Below, piece by piece: positions 50,493-61,957 of a stretch of DNA of 64,000 bases (its first letter is position 1; every line of letters begins with the position of its first letter). The notes beneath the pieces are model-generated. The model saw only the letters and a program-made list of their open reading frames with translations. It made no database searches and had not been told where the DNA came from. The translations under genes and the position numbers were made by a program. Origin of the DNA: Octopus sinensis (lineage: Eukaryota); assembly GCF_006345805.1 (NCBI RefSeq), contig NC_043006.1, positions 16,368,001-16,432,000 on the forward strand. The letters are read 5' to 3'.

Positions 50493-52220
50493 ATGTTTTT
50501 GACTCAGAAAAAAATTTCTCCCTGTTTGACTTTGTGTCCAACACATGGAACTACAAATGATTTTGGCAGAGTACAGACACCCTCTGCCAGTTTTTATCAT
50601 TCAGCAGATTCAGAGAGATAGTGCCCCTTCCAGATAACACTTGTGATGCTGTTCACTCCTCACACATCAGCCCTGATTAGCCCCTTTTTGATACCAACTC
50701 ATTTGAGACTCTACCTGGTTCAATGGTACAAACTTCTTGTTTTAACGAGACCTAAATTAAAAACTTCCATCCAAATTTCCTGTTATGTTCCAAACTCTAG
50801 CTTAATAATGACAAAGTTATTTTATTAAATCCTTCATAATTTTCAAAATTAATTAAAACAGAGGCACTGTATTACTACAGACATATCATAACAAAAAGAT
50901 TAAAACTAACTTCTTGATAAATGTATTTCAATCTTTTTATGTATCAGGACTACATTATCTAAGATGGTGTAGGTTGGAAGGTCAACAGAATCTGGCAAAC
51001 TAGAGGACTGCGTCAATTGCCAAACTTACTTTGGCATGATTTCTACAGTTGAATATCCTTCGTGCCAACCACTTTACAGTTTTTTTGGGTTTTTTTTTTT
51101 TGGTGAATTTTGCATAACACAAATTTTAGTGTGGTCACTGAGTAACTTACCAGACCTCTTGACTGAGTGAGAGCGACTGTATACAGTAGGTGATGAGAAG
51201 CCAAAGTAAGTTAGAAACAAAAAGAAAAATTATTTTTATTTTATCCTCTTGTAAGAGCTAGAACTGGTTTCCACAAACATCCTACCATTCCATCTTGTAT
51301 CTCAGTTTGGTCCTCCACCACCCAAGTCACTTAGTCACATTGCCCCCAGTACTTTTTTCACTTTGATATTTCCATTATGGATATATAAATTTCATTTCTT
51401 GTGAGTGTGGCTACATATATGTGTATGTGTAATGTTGTTTTTCATGTATTTGTGTCTATATATATGTCAGTATACACACACTTCTACCTGCTAAATGTAA
51501 CAAGTTTCTCTGCTGCATTTATCCCAGAACAGGGCATCAATGGTGCCATTTAGGACTCCTGATTCTTCAACTGGGAGGCCCATATGATATTGGAATGTTT
51601 AATCTTCTTTAGTATATCTTATATTTGAACATTTCCTGATTGTTAAGGTAACATCTTTGTTTTCTCATATTTCTAAAATTCATCTCATTATCTCTATTAC
51701 TGAGAATGTATATGTATAAACATATGGAATTTTACCTGATTTTGATTGGGAGTTATCTTGTACAACTTGTTCTAATGACTGCAAGTGTGGCAGCAACCTT
51801 TTTCTTTTATTTTCTTGCTAGCTTACTTCCTTCCATTATTACCTACAGGTATCTGATTTCTTCAGCTGTTTGTCTATACACCCAACCTATATATGTAGAT
51901 AACAAACACAGGGTCTGTTTGTGTAAGCATATCTATTTATAGTGATGAAACCAGTGCTAACATGTTATCTTAAAGATAGCATTTTTGTAATGTTTATATG
52001 CTTTTATATATAATTTCTTTTTAACAATTACATTCTTTTCAAAAAATGGAAATTGTTAGAGAAGTTGAAGAAAATGCCTTGCTGTATTTGATCTGGCCCT
52101 TTATTTTCTGAGATTAATTCCTAGTGAGGTCAACTTTACCTAACTCCACCTTTCATCATTCTATGGTCAATAAAGTAAAGTAGCAATCAAGTGCTAGGGT
52201 TGATGGTATCAATTTACAAG

Positions 52221-52452
52221 GTGGCGAGCTGGCAGAATTGTTAGCATGCTGGACGAAATGCTTAGCGGTATTTCATCTGTCTTTACGTTCTTAGTTCAAA
52301 TTCCACCGAGGTCAACTCTGCCTTTCATCCTTTTGGGGTCAATTAAATAAGTACCAGTTACGTACTGGGGTCGATATGATCGACTATTCCGTTTGTCTGT
52401 CCTTGTTTGTCCCCTCTGTGTGTAGCCCCTTGTGGGTAGTAAAGAAATAGGT
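52221..52452 (+). mobile_element. SINE family D, single module
   Basis: GGTGGCGAGCTGGCAG ... GTAAAGAAATAGGTAT. Confidence 0.8.
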
Positions 52453-53013
52453 ATCAGTTTACTCCTTTCCTTTAAACTGCTGGTCTTGTACCTAAATTAG
52501 AAATCACTTGTCCCTTTTTTTTAAAAAAAATGTATGCGTATCCTTTTATTCTTTTACTGGTTTCATTCATTGAATTGTGGCCATAGTGGGTCACTGTTTT
52601 GAAGAGTTTACTTAGTCACATTGCTCCCAGTACTTTTTTCAATTTGATATTTCCATTATGGATATATGTTTCATTTCTTGTGTATGTGTAATGTTCTTTT
52701 TTATGTATTTGTGTCTATATATATGTCAGTATACATTTCTGTATACTTACATATGGTTAGAGCAGCGGACTCACGGTCAAGGTATCACGACAACCAGTTG
52801 AGAAGTTTGGGGGCTTATATCATGTCCTCACTACTATATTGAAGTCATGACCCAAGAGACTAAACTCTCAAATGGCCCAGTCCACCTAGCTGTAACTAGG
52901 TACCACAGTGAAGGAACGACTTGATATTAAAAGCATTTGACAAGTGAATCATTAATCTGCATAGCTGAGTTCATCAAACAAACACTTCTCTCCTGTGGGA
53001 AAAGCTATCTATG

Positions 53014-53320
53014 ATTGCCGTTGCCAGCGCCGCCTTGGCTGGCTTCCGTGCCGCTGGCACATTAAAAGCTCCAACCGATCGTGGCCGATGCTGGACCCCC
53101 CCCCCTTCCTGGCACCTGTGCAGGTGGCACGTAAAAAGCACCCACTACACTCGCAGAGTGGTTGGCGTTAGGAAGGGCATCCAGCCGTAGAAACTCTGCC
53201 AGATCAGACTGGAGCCTGGAGCAGCCCCTGGCTTCCCAGACCCCGGTCGAACCGTCCAACCCGTGCTAGCGCGGAAAACGGACGTTAAACGATGATTATG
53301 ATGATGATGATGATGATGAT
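53014..53320 (+). mobile_element. Family C retroposon
   Basis: Two units plus RTE-type tail and (GAT)n. Confidence 0.82.
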
Positions 53321-54196
53321 AGACCAGTGCCCCATCTGCAGTAGTATTTTTTTCTCATTGCATAAAACTATAAAAACTAAAAATAGATAAGCACTACACC
53401 ATTGTGATATGAAAATGGATTTCCTTAGCACTTGAAATCATGTCTTCCTCTAGTAGTATTAGTATAGCTAGTACTAAATGTAACACATCCATAAGTATTA
53501 ATTGTCAAGGAAATCTGTTACACTTTGTTATTCATGTACTTGACGTCCTAATTTGCATATCAAAAAATATAGCTTTTTTTTCCTGAGATTTTTTTTTAAA
53601 GATATATTTGACTATCAGAAATCCCATCCCTTTCTTGGATAACAAATATACTGTGTACACCAGAATAGAAACACTTATGTTGAAACTACACTCAACATAG
53701 AAACTCTCTCTCATGTACATCTTCATAAAGTCCTTAACAGACAGGATAAAAATGCTTTGACAATCAATGCATTATTGCGAGCTGCAGACCTGTTTACAAT
53801 ACTCAACCAGACATGATCAGCAAAGTGAAAATCATGAATTCAAATCTTGTTACAACTTGTCTGAATTGAACTGAAAATGTATGAAAATGAATATAGCCAA
53901 CCTTCTTGCTTAAACAATTTATACGCCAAATATCTGAACTTCCAGTATCATCTGACCTAAAGAAGCAGAGAAAATTATATACAAATAAAAATAGTGAAAC
54001 ATTAATTAAATCTAAATTCTTTTAGTGATAATTTGTGGATGGAATGTACACTTGTCTGTTTATCTCTGAGTCATTCTGTGCTAGAGGATTTATGTATGAG
54101 CAAAGGTGCTTCAACCATTGCCCTCTCAGCGTTCATTTAAACTGTGTCTGTTTCACTAGCATAGAAACAGACATGGTTGTGAAACATAGCCTATGA

Positions 54197-54650
54197 GGGT
54201 AGTTGATTAGCGGAAGGCTGGAGGTGTTCGACAATGACTGTCTCTGCCGCATTCTTCACTGCCAATGCATTGGTCGGATTCCTACAGCCGGTCTTCATCT
54301 TGGCCTGAATCTCTGGCCCCTCCCTTCGGTGCTTCTACAATGGCACTTAAGGTGGTTCAGTCATGCAGCCCAGCATCCAGAGGGTGAGCTGATTCGCGAT
54401 GTCCTTCTCCCACCTCCACTTCCCAGCTGACACAAACGCACGGGCGGGCAGCTGAAGACCTGGGCAACAACGATAAAGGAGGACCTCTCCAAACTCACAG
54501 GTCCGCAGGTGGTCGGTCTGCACAGATAGAACCGCGAATGGCTCGCTATCTCCAGTGACCTCGCACAGGACCGTTGAGCGTGGGCCGTTAGGACCAGAGA
54601 AGAAGGCGGCTCAACCCTCCCTGGGTGAACCCCGTCACACACACAAACAT
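54197..54650 (+). mobile_element. 5'-truncated, stop-disrupted RTE-clade LINE (ORF2 C-terminus)
   Basis: Translation LRWFSHAAQHPEGELIRDVLLP...GGQLKTWATTIKEDL...SDLAQDR resembles RTE ORF2 C-termini; GC-rich; (CA)n tail. Confidence 0.8.
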
Positions 54651-54659
54651 TGTCTAGGA

Positions 54660-54991
54660 CAGGGTTGGCCAACCTGATGCCTGTGGGCTGCATGTGGCCT
54701 GCAGACTTTTATCTTGCAGCCTGCTTGATATTTTCTTGAAATGGGTTTATTTAAACAAACATTTTTGAAGTTTTATCAGAAATTAAAGATTGTAGTGAAA
54801 AGGGGAAAAAAATACTACTGTTTTTGCAACAATAATATTTCATGTTGAAGCAACAATTATTATTGTAATAATAGCATTCATTATTCTGTAATTTGGTTAT
54901 TTGACTATTAGTGCATTAAGTATACAAGTGGCCCTCAAAAAACTTTCTATGATTTAAGTGGCCCACAATGTAATTCGTGTTGGTCTGGTCT
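54660..54991. mobile_element. hAT (Charlie-like) non-autonomous element, CpG-decayed
   Basis: CAGGGTTGGCCAAC + TGCCTGTGGGCTGCATGTGGCC (decayed CGGCCCGCGGGCCGCATGCGGCC) and 3' AAGTGGCCC repeats. Confidence 0.55.
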
Positions 54992-55109
54992 AAGAGTACA
55001 TCATCCAGTGTCTTTACTATCTTATGACTTATGTGTGATTTGTATGAGATTTGGCTGATGCTTCTAGCAGATCCAGTGACCATGTAGAGGTTTTTCGGCT
55101 GACTTGAGC

Positions 55110-55345
55110 AACACCAATTGTCAAGCAATTGTGGGGGAACAAACACAGATACAAACACACACACATACACATACACACGTGCACGCAGTGGGCTTGTTTC
55201 AGTTCCCATCTACCAAAATCCACTCACAAGGCTTTGGTCAGCCAGGAGCTATGGTAGAAGACACTTGTCCAAGGTGCCACACACTGTAACTGAACCTGAA
55301 ACCATGTGATTGGGAAGTCGACTTCTTACCACACAGCTATACCTG
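55110..55345 (-). mobile_element. SINE family A copy (partial)
   Basis: CTACCAAAATCCACTCACAAGGC...CTTACCACACAGC. Confidence 0.7.
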
Positions 55346-55603
55346 CTGCTATTGTAGAAGATATTCACACAAAATGTCACACAGTGAGACCGAATCTGCA
55401 TGGCTGGATGCAGACGTTTTAGACCACCCAGCCATCTCTGCATCTATCATATATCTATCTTCTTACGGAGATGTACTTGCATAGCGAGTGACTTGATCTG
55501 AGATCGTATGCTGGAACAAAAACAATTGCAGCGTGGAAGGTGTTTATAAGCCATTTAAGAAACACACAAAAACCATTAGATTCACTTCAACATTTAAATT
55601 TAA

Positions 55604-55654
55604 TTTGTCAAAATATTTTCGTCGCTTTGAGACCGCGACCTGTTCACTGACAAA
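55604..55654 (-). ncRNA. Minimal type-I hammerhead-like motif with G3:C8 core
   Basis: TTTGTCA GTGAACA G GTCGC GGTCTCAAA GCGAC GAA A ATAT T T TGACAAA: helix I 7 bp, helix II 5 bp, palindromic AATATT helix III. Confidence 0.65.
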
Positions 55655-55726
55655 ACTTCGTGCTGCATCAGGGAATTCGAGACCGCGACCTGTTCACTGA
55701 CAAATTTCCTTGCTGCAGCAGGGAAC

Positions 55727-55777
55727 TTTGTCAGTGAACTGGTCGCCGTCTCAAAGCGACGAAAATATTTTGACAAA
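55727..55777 (+). ncRNA. Mirror hammerhead-like copy with an A9U substitution
   Basis: TTTGTCA GTGAACT G GTCGC CGTCTCAAA GCGAC GAA A ATAT T T TGACAAA. Confidence 0.55.
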
Positions 55778-56984
55778 TTAAATTTAAATGTTGAAGTGAA
55801 TCTAACGGTTTTTGTGTGTTTCTTAAATGGCTTATAAACACCTTCTACGCTGCAATTATAGTCTATCTTCTTAGTTCTTAATAAAGAAAGCTGCTTATTA
55901 ATTAGCTTGGAGTGTGTAACTTTTACTAAAAGAAATCAATTATCAAGGACTACACTTTTTAAAGTAAAAATGGCTGTTACCTTTACACTTGTAAGTATTG
56001 TACTTTGTAGATAATTGAATACTCTTATTGCTTTCATTAATTCATCATTTACTGGATTTTCTCATCAAATAACAATTCGAAATTGAAAATGAAAATGTAA
56101 CATCTGCCAAGTAGATTTCATCCTGAAGTCTTTTTTTCCTTCTTTTTTTTTTTTTGCTCTTATCTTAAATTCCTTGAAAACATTTGGATCTGTGGTGTGT
56201 GCATAAAACCTAATTAGTTGCTTTAAGTAATATTACTTTATTTATTTATTTATATTTTATTTTTGTTTTAATGTTAATTAGTGTGCTTGGGCTCTGAAAT
56301 ACTTAGGTATACTTAACATAGATTCTTATTCTTTTTGTTGTTTTTTTTATATGGCTGTAAATTTTTTTTCTCTTAGACATGTTGGGGAAGTGGTGGTGGT
56401 GGTGGGGGGGGGTAAAAAAAAGTAAACAAAAAAAACAACTAGATGTTAGAGTTGAGTAGAATGTCTGATCAGTAACACACATAAAGATCACGTGCAAACA
56501 TTTGAAATTAAGTAGGAAAGGAAGCTGGCTTTTTTGTACACAGTTTAGAATTTTTCTTTTAACTCTTGAAAGGTTTCTGTTTTTCTTTCTGGCACTACCA
56601 CATCACTGGAAATACTATTCTTGCTCTAAGCTGGCTGATTTTTATAAGTTCTGAGCAGTAATTTTGATGGTACATATGATGTAGTTCTTGTTGTTTAACC
56701 CTTAGTCAGCCATGATTCTGTAGTAGACCTAAAATCAATGTGAAGATAATATTTTTATTTTAGATATACTGTATTCTGAATTATATTATCCAATGTGACT
56801 TTTCTTTTTTTTTTAAAAAAAAGATTGTAGAATGTGATTAGGGATAGGTTTGGCTATTTCCAGTGGGTCAAACAACCTCTCCCATTGCCTTTTATAATGT
56901 GTTAGTTCAACTTTAAGATGGGTTCGGTGATAGAAAGTGAAAGTGAAAATGTTTACATTATGCTTAAAGCTGAGAACAATCTTT

Positions 56985-57029
<45 letters not shown>

Positions 57030-57089
57030 TTTTTGTGTAATAAGATAAAAAAAACCAAGGCTTATAGATATCAGAGCATTTATAGATAG

Positions 57090-57141
57090 GTCTTACAGCT
57101 GTTTCTAGGATATTAATTAATAATATCCCTTCATCGGAGAC
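57090..57141 (-). ncRNA. Minimal type-I hammerhead-like motif (U4C variant) in a (TA)n-flanked element of about 57026-57444
   Basis: GTCT CCGATGA A GGGATATTA TTAAT TAATATCCT A GAA AC AGCT GT A AGAC. Confidence 0.6.
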
Positions 57142-57440
57142 GGTGTGAGAGGAAAGTTAAGTCATAGTTAGTTTAGATGTGATACAAAATAGAGAGTGAG
57201 GTGGAGGAAAGAAAATAGATGTAAGATATGTATAGGTATTGAATTTGTAAATCCGTTTTATAAGCATAATGGTATATATGCAATATTCCGATATCCTATG
57301 AGTAACGTTCAACAGTCATACAGAGTTTAATATGAGTCCTTCCAAATATAGAGTTCATAAGCAAAAGATTTTTTTAACTTGGTCATTCCCAGTAGGGAAT
57401 TTATATACAGTGTTGCAGAGTCAAAGGTTTGTATTTAAAA

Positions 57441-57494
<54 letters not shown>

Positions 57495-58373
57495 AGTTCA
57501 GCAACAATTTAGATTCAAATGAATATGGCACTTAATTTAGATGCACCAGAATTATTTTATGGTGTTACCCATAAAAATATGCGGGGTGATTATAATAAAA
57601 AAATTAGCAACAAGCATGAATCCGGATTCATTCTTGTTGCTTATTTTTTGATTATATATATATATCCAACCCATGCTAGCGCGGAAAACAGACGCTAAAT
57701 GATGATGATGATATAGTGCGAAAAGTTTTGCAATATTTTGGTAACTTATTTGCTTTATTTGTCAAGTTAGAACAAAAGCAGCCTAAAGAGGCCATCATGT
57801 TGCACTGTCTGAAGCCATCTTTCAACAACAGGAAGAGCATCCAGCCATAGAAAAATCTGCTTCAACAAATTCTGTCTGATCCATACAAGCTGGGAAACTA
57901 AACATCAAATCATCAAAACAATGATGATGATATTCTTCTAAACAAGAAGATAAGGAAAACCTGAACTGGCATCCTTTGAGCCAAAATATTTTGAAAGATT
58001 TATTAATTCGTCACAAATATAAGGTTGAAAATATGTTATAACATTAAGACTCATCTAAACCTTTTATTCCATACAATACACTCTATAAATATAATAGGTG
58101 TAGATCGCTTTTAGCTGATGCGTTTGTTTTAGGTGACTTGGTCTGTACCCTTAACCTTTCTGCAGTCCTTCCAAGATGAGTTGGTTCAAGGGAAAAAATT
58201 ATTCTCAGATTTGAAACTTGGCCAAAATGCTTGCAACAGATGGACAACAAGTGGTCATGTTAACCTGAGCAAATGGATTAAGTTCACCACCCAAGAATGG
58301 GAACAGTCCTTCTGACAGATTTCCGTATAGTTTACATCTCCTAAGACTTTATTCAGTCCAAACCTATGCCCAT

Positions 58374-58654
58374 GGGCATATGGCGTAGTGGTTAAGAGCG
58401 TGGGCTACTAACCCCAAGATTCCGAGTTCGATTCCAGGCAGTGACTTAAATAATAATAATAATAATAACAATAACAATAACATCAAAAAATATCTTAGGA
58501 ATAAGAACCCAGGTTCGAAATTTCCCCAAGACACCTGATGAAGGCTGGAGGGTATATCAGCTGAAACATTGTGTTAACAACAAACAAGATTAGGACAAAT
58601 ATCCATCAAATGTAAATAATGTACATAATTCCTCATCTGTTAAATATAGAACTG
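58374..58654 (+). mobile_element. tRNA-headed SINE-like element with a hammerhead-containing tail
   Basis: A-box TGGCGTAGTGG 58381-58391, B-box GTTCGATTC 58426-58434, (TAA)n 58450-58481, hammerhead-like motif 58530-58575; 3' boundary approximate. Confidence 0.7.
58530..58575 (+). ncRNA. Minimal type-I hammerhead-like motif with canonical CUGAUGA core
   Basis: GACAC CTGATGA A GGCTG GAGGGTATAT CAGCT GAA AC AT T GTGTT; helix III has a C:A mismatch. Confidence 0.62.
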
Positions 58655-59035
58655 TATTTCAAGTTGTGTCCATCATTATCATCAAAGAAGTAAAGATAAA
58701 CCCCGTCCATCTACAAAGAAAAAAGATTAACTCCTCTCTCATCTCATGACTCACTTAATTTTTTTTTATTTTGTGTCTTCGGTGTGAATTAATGAAAGGT
58801 TTTCTTCTAATTATCTCTCGTGAATAACTCCGGACAGCTCTTTGCTGGAGGATTAACATCAGAAAACACTGTACCTGAAAGATGATAATAACTCATTGAC
58901 TGATTTAGTTCAGTTATGAAGTGGATGTCTGAACTACCTGATTGATAATCAACTATGATCAGTCAATTATATTTTTGATTGCTGACTTAGACTGATGGTG
59001 TTTTTTTGTATATTTCTTTTAATGTTATATTAATA

Positions 59036-59456
59036 GGCGCAGGAGTGGCTGTGTGGTAAGTAGCTTGCTAACCAACCACATGGTTCCGGGTTCAGTCCCA
59101 CTGCGTGGCATCTTGGGCAAGTGTCTTCTGCTATAGCCCCAGGCCGACCAATGCCTTGTGAGTGGATTTGGTAGACGGAAACTGAAAGAAGCCCGTCGTA
59201 TATATGTTTATATATATATATATATGCGTGTGTGTGTTTGTGTGTCTGTGTTTGTCCCCCTAGCATTGCTTGACAACCGATGCTGGTGTGTTTACGTCCC
59301 CGTTACTTAGCGGTTCGGCAAAAGAGACCGATAGAATAAGTACTGGGCTTACAAAGAATAAGTCCCGGGGTCGATTTGCTCGACGAAAGGCGGTGCTCCA
59401 GCATGGCTGCAGTCAAATGACTGAAACATGTAAAAGAGTAAAAGAGTAAAGAGTAA
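59036..59456 (+). mobile_element. Young full-length SINE family A
   Basis: Complete head, body and (GTAAAAGA)n tail. Confidence 0.88.
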
Positions 59457-59632
59457 GCTATTGCTGAGTTATTAAGGATAGGTGCTGGCATGGCTATGTG
59501 GTCTAGAAGTTTGCTCTCCAACCACATGGTTTTGGGTTCAGTTCTACTGCATGGCACTTTGGGCAAGTGTCTTCTGCTGTAGCTTCAGGTTAACCAAAGC
59601 CTTGTGAATGGATTTAATATAATTTATTATAT

Positions 59633-60012
59633 CATCATCATCATCATCATAGTGTAACGTCCGCTTTCCATGCTAGCATGGGTTGGACGATTTGACTGAG
59701 GACTGGTGAACCAGATAGCTGCGCCAGGCTCCAATCTGATCTGGCAGAGTTTCTACAGCTGGATGCCGTTCCTAACGCCAACCACTCTGAGAGTGTAGTG
59801 GGTGCTTTTACGTGCCACCTGCACGAGGGCCAGTCTGGCGGTACTGGTAACAGCCACACTCGAAATGGTGCTTTTTACGTGCCACCTGCATAGGAGTCAT
59901 TCCAGTGGCACTGGCAACAACCTCATTCGAATGTTTTGTTCACGTGCCACCGGCACAAGTGCCAGTGAGGCGACACTGGTAACAATCACGCTCAAATGGT
60001 GCTTTTTACGTG
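59633..60012 (-). mobile_element. Family C retroposon with about 4-5 diverged units
   Basis: (CAT)n tail and repeated ACGTGCCAC. Confidence 0.82.
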
Positions 60013-60639
60013 TGTGTGTGTGTGTCCATGTCCACATCATGTGTTAGTTATAAATGTTTGTCACCCAGAATCCTTTATTTCCACTCTTCCATGAAAACAT
60101 GTCCAGTCATGCCGAAATACTACCTAACTTAGAAACAGGTGAAGGTTGGCAACAGGGAGAGTATCTGGCCATAGAAAATCTGCCTCAACAAATTCCATCA
60201 AATGGGGTGGGGGGCAGGAATGGACATTAAAATGATGATGATGAAGTGTTTAATTATATCACATTGCTGAAATTAATTTCTGTTGAGGATTTTATTGGGT
60301 GAAAGAGAGGAGGAAAAGTGAGTGAGAGAGATGGGGGAACAACATGTGTGCTATAAATAAACCCCATCGGGTTATGAGATTCACCAACTTTCTATAGGAT
60401 ATTGTTTTCTAAACTGTCTGGTATGGTAAATTGCCAGTTTTGTTTTCCAGTGAATCAGCAGTTGGTACATTTAATGAAATAGGATCTCACTGACCAAATT
60501 TAGTTTATGAAAAGGAAATTCGAAATTTAGCATGCGAAAGCCTTCATACTGTTAGTCAACCTGTGAGAAATAGCAGTTAAATCTTCCTCAAATCAAACAA
60601 TAGTCTTCTAATATAATAAATGTGGAAACTAATTTCTTA

Positions 60640-60845
60640 TTTCTTTATTGCCCACAGAGGGGACAGACAAATGGATTAAGTCAATTATATCGACCCCAGT
60701 GCGTAATTCATGCTTATTTAATCAACCCCGAAAGGATGAAAGGCAAAGTCGACCTCGCCGGAATTTGAACTCAGAACGTAGCAGCAGACGAAATACCACT
60801 AAGCATTTCGCCCAGCGTGCAAACGTTTCTGCCAGCTCGCCGCCT
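60640..60845 (-). mobile_element. SINE family D
   Basis: CCCCGAAAGGATGAAAGGCAAAGTCGACC domain and head. Confidence 0.8.
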
Positions 60846-61367
60846 AACTTGTGTGTCAGTGTGTCACACTTAAACCCCCTCTCACACTTCTCATTGACAC
60901 TCCTGCTATTCCTCACAATGATGTGAGGCTAATAGTAGGCATAGAGACAGTGAGGGTAGTGGCGATGTGGCGATGACAGACAGAGAGAAAGAATGCAAAA
61001 GAGAGGAAGACAAAGAAATTTAGGGAGAGTTGATGTTTTATTAAAAGTAGTAGTCTTGATGGTGGCAGTGGGAGTAATAATAAAAGAGAGAGAGAGAATG
61101 AGTGGGTGTGTGAGAGAAAGAGGGAGATGATGTACAACTTTGTTTAATCATGTCTCTTTGACAAAAATTCCTGTTGCCAAACACCGGAACACAATCATTT
61201 TTGCTTTCTTTAATACACACATGCACATATAAAATTCACTTTAACTGAAATAAAGCTTCCCCAAAATTAAACGTTATCTAATATAATAAATGTGAATGTC
61301 AGTGTGTCACACTTTTTCAACTTTAATAAATCCTTTGTAATGGAAGCACAAGGCCTCAGATTTTGGG

Positions 61368-61957
61368 AGAAGGGATTAAGTCAATTACATAGACCCCAGT
61401 ATGTAAACTAGTACTAATTTTATTGACCCCAAAAGGATAAAAGGCAAAGTCAACTTTAACGGAATTTGAACTCAAAACCTAACGACAGGAGTGGCTGTGT
61501 GGTAAGTAGTTTGCTAACCAACCACATGGTTCCGGGTTCAGTCCCACTGCATGGCATCTTGGGCAAGTGTCTTCTGCTATAGCCCCGGGCCGACCAATGC
61601 CTTGTGAGTGGATTTGGTAGACGGAAACTGAAAGAAGCCTGTCTTATTTATGTATATATATATATAAGTGTGTGTGAATATGTTTGTGTGTCTGTGTTTG
61701 TTCCCTTAGCATTGCTTGACAGCCGATGCTGGTGTGTTTACATCCCCGTCACTTAGCGGTTCAGCAAAAGAGACCGATAGAATAAGTACTGGGCTTACAA
61801 CGAATAAGTCCCGGGGTCGAGTTGCTCGACTAAAGGCGGTGCTCCAGCATGGCCGCAGTCAAATGACTGAAACAAGTAAAAAGAGTAAAAAGAGAGAGAG
61901 AGAGAGACAGACAAAAATACCAGTTAGCATTTCGCCCAGTGTGCTAACAATTCTGCC
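61368..61957 (-). mobile_element. SINE family D split by a plus-strand SINE A insertion (about 61487-61905)
   Basis: D sequence stops at AACGACAG (61488) and resumes at GACAGACAAAAATACC (61906). Confidence 0.75.

Larger units (their letters stand above)
55466..55861. mobile_element. Fold-back element, probably a Penelope-like inverted terminal repeat, flanked by a 12-bp direct repeat
   Basis: 131-bp arms 55524-55654 and 55727-55857 (4 mismatches counted); TCTATCTTCTTA at 55454-55465 and 55862-55873; a hammerhead-like motif in each arm. Confidence 0.7.

Noticed and set aside
57931-58041. Protein-like 36-codon stretch YSSKQEDKENLNWHPLSQNILKDLLIRHKYKVENML
   Set aside because: No recognisable family, no start codon and no convincing splice sites; a blastx could revisit it as a processed fragment
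58374-58445. tRNA gene call
   Set aside because: No proper acceptor stem or T-rich terminator; it is a SINE head
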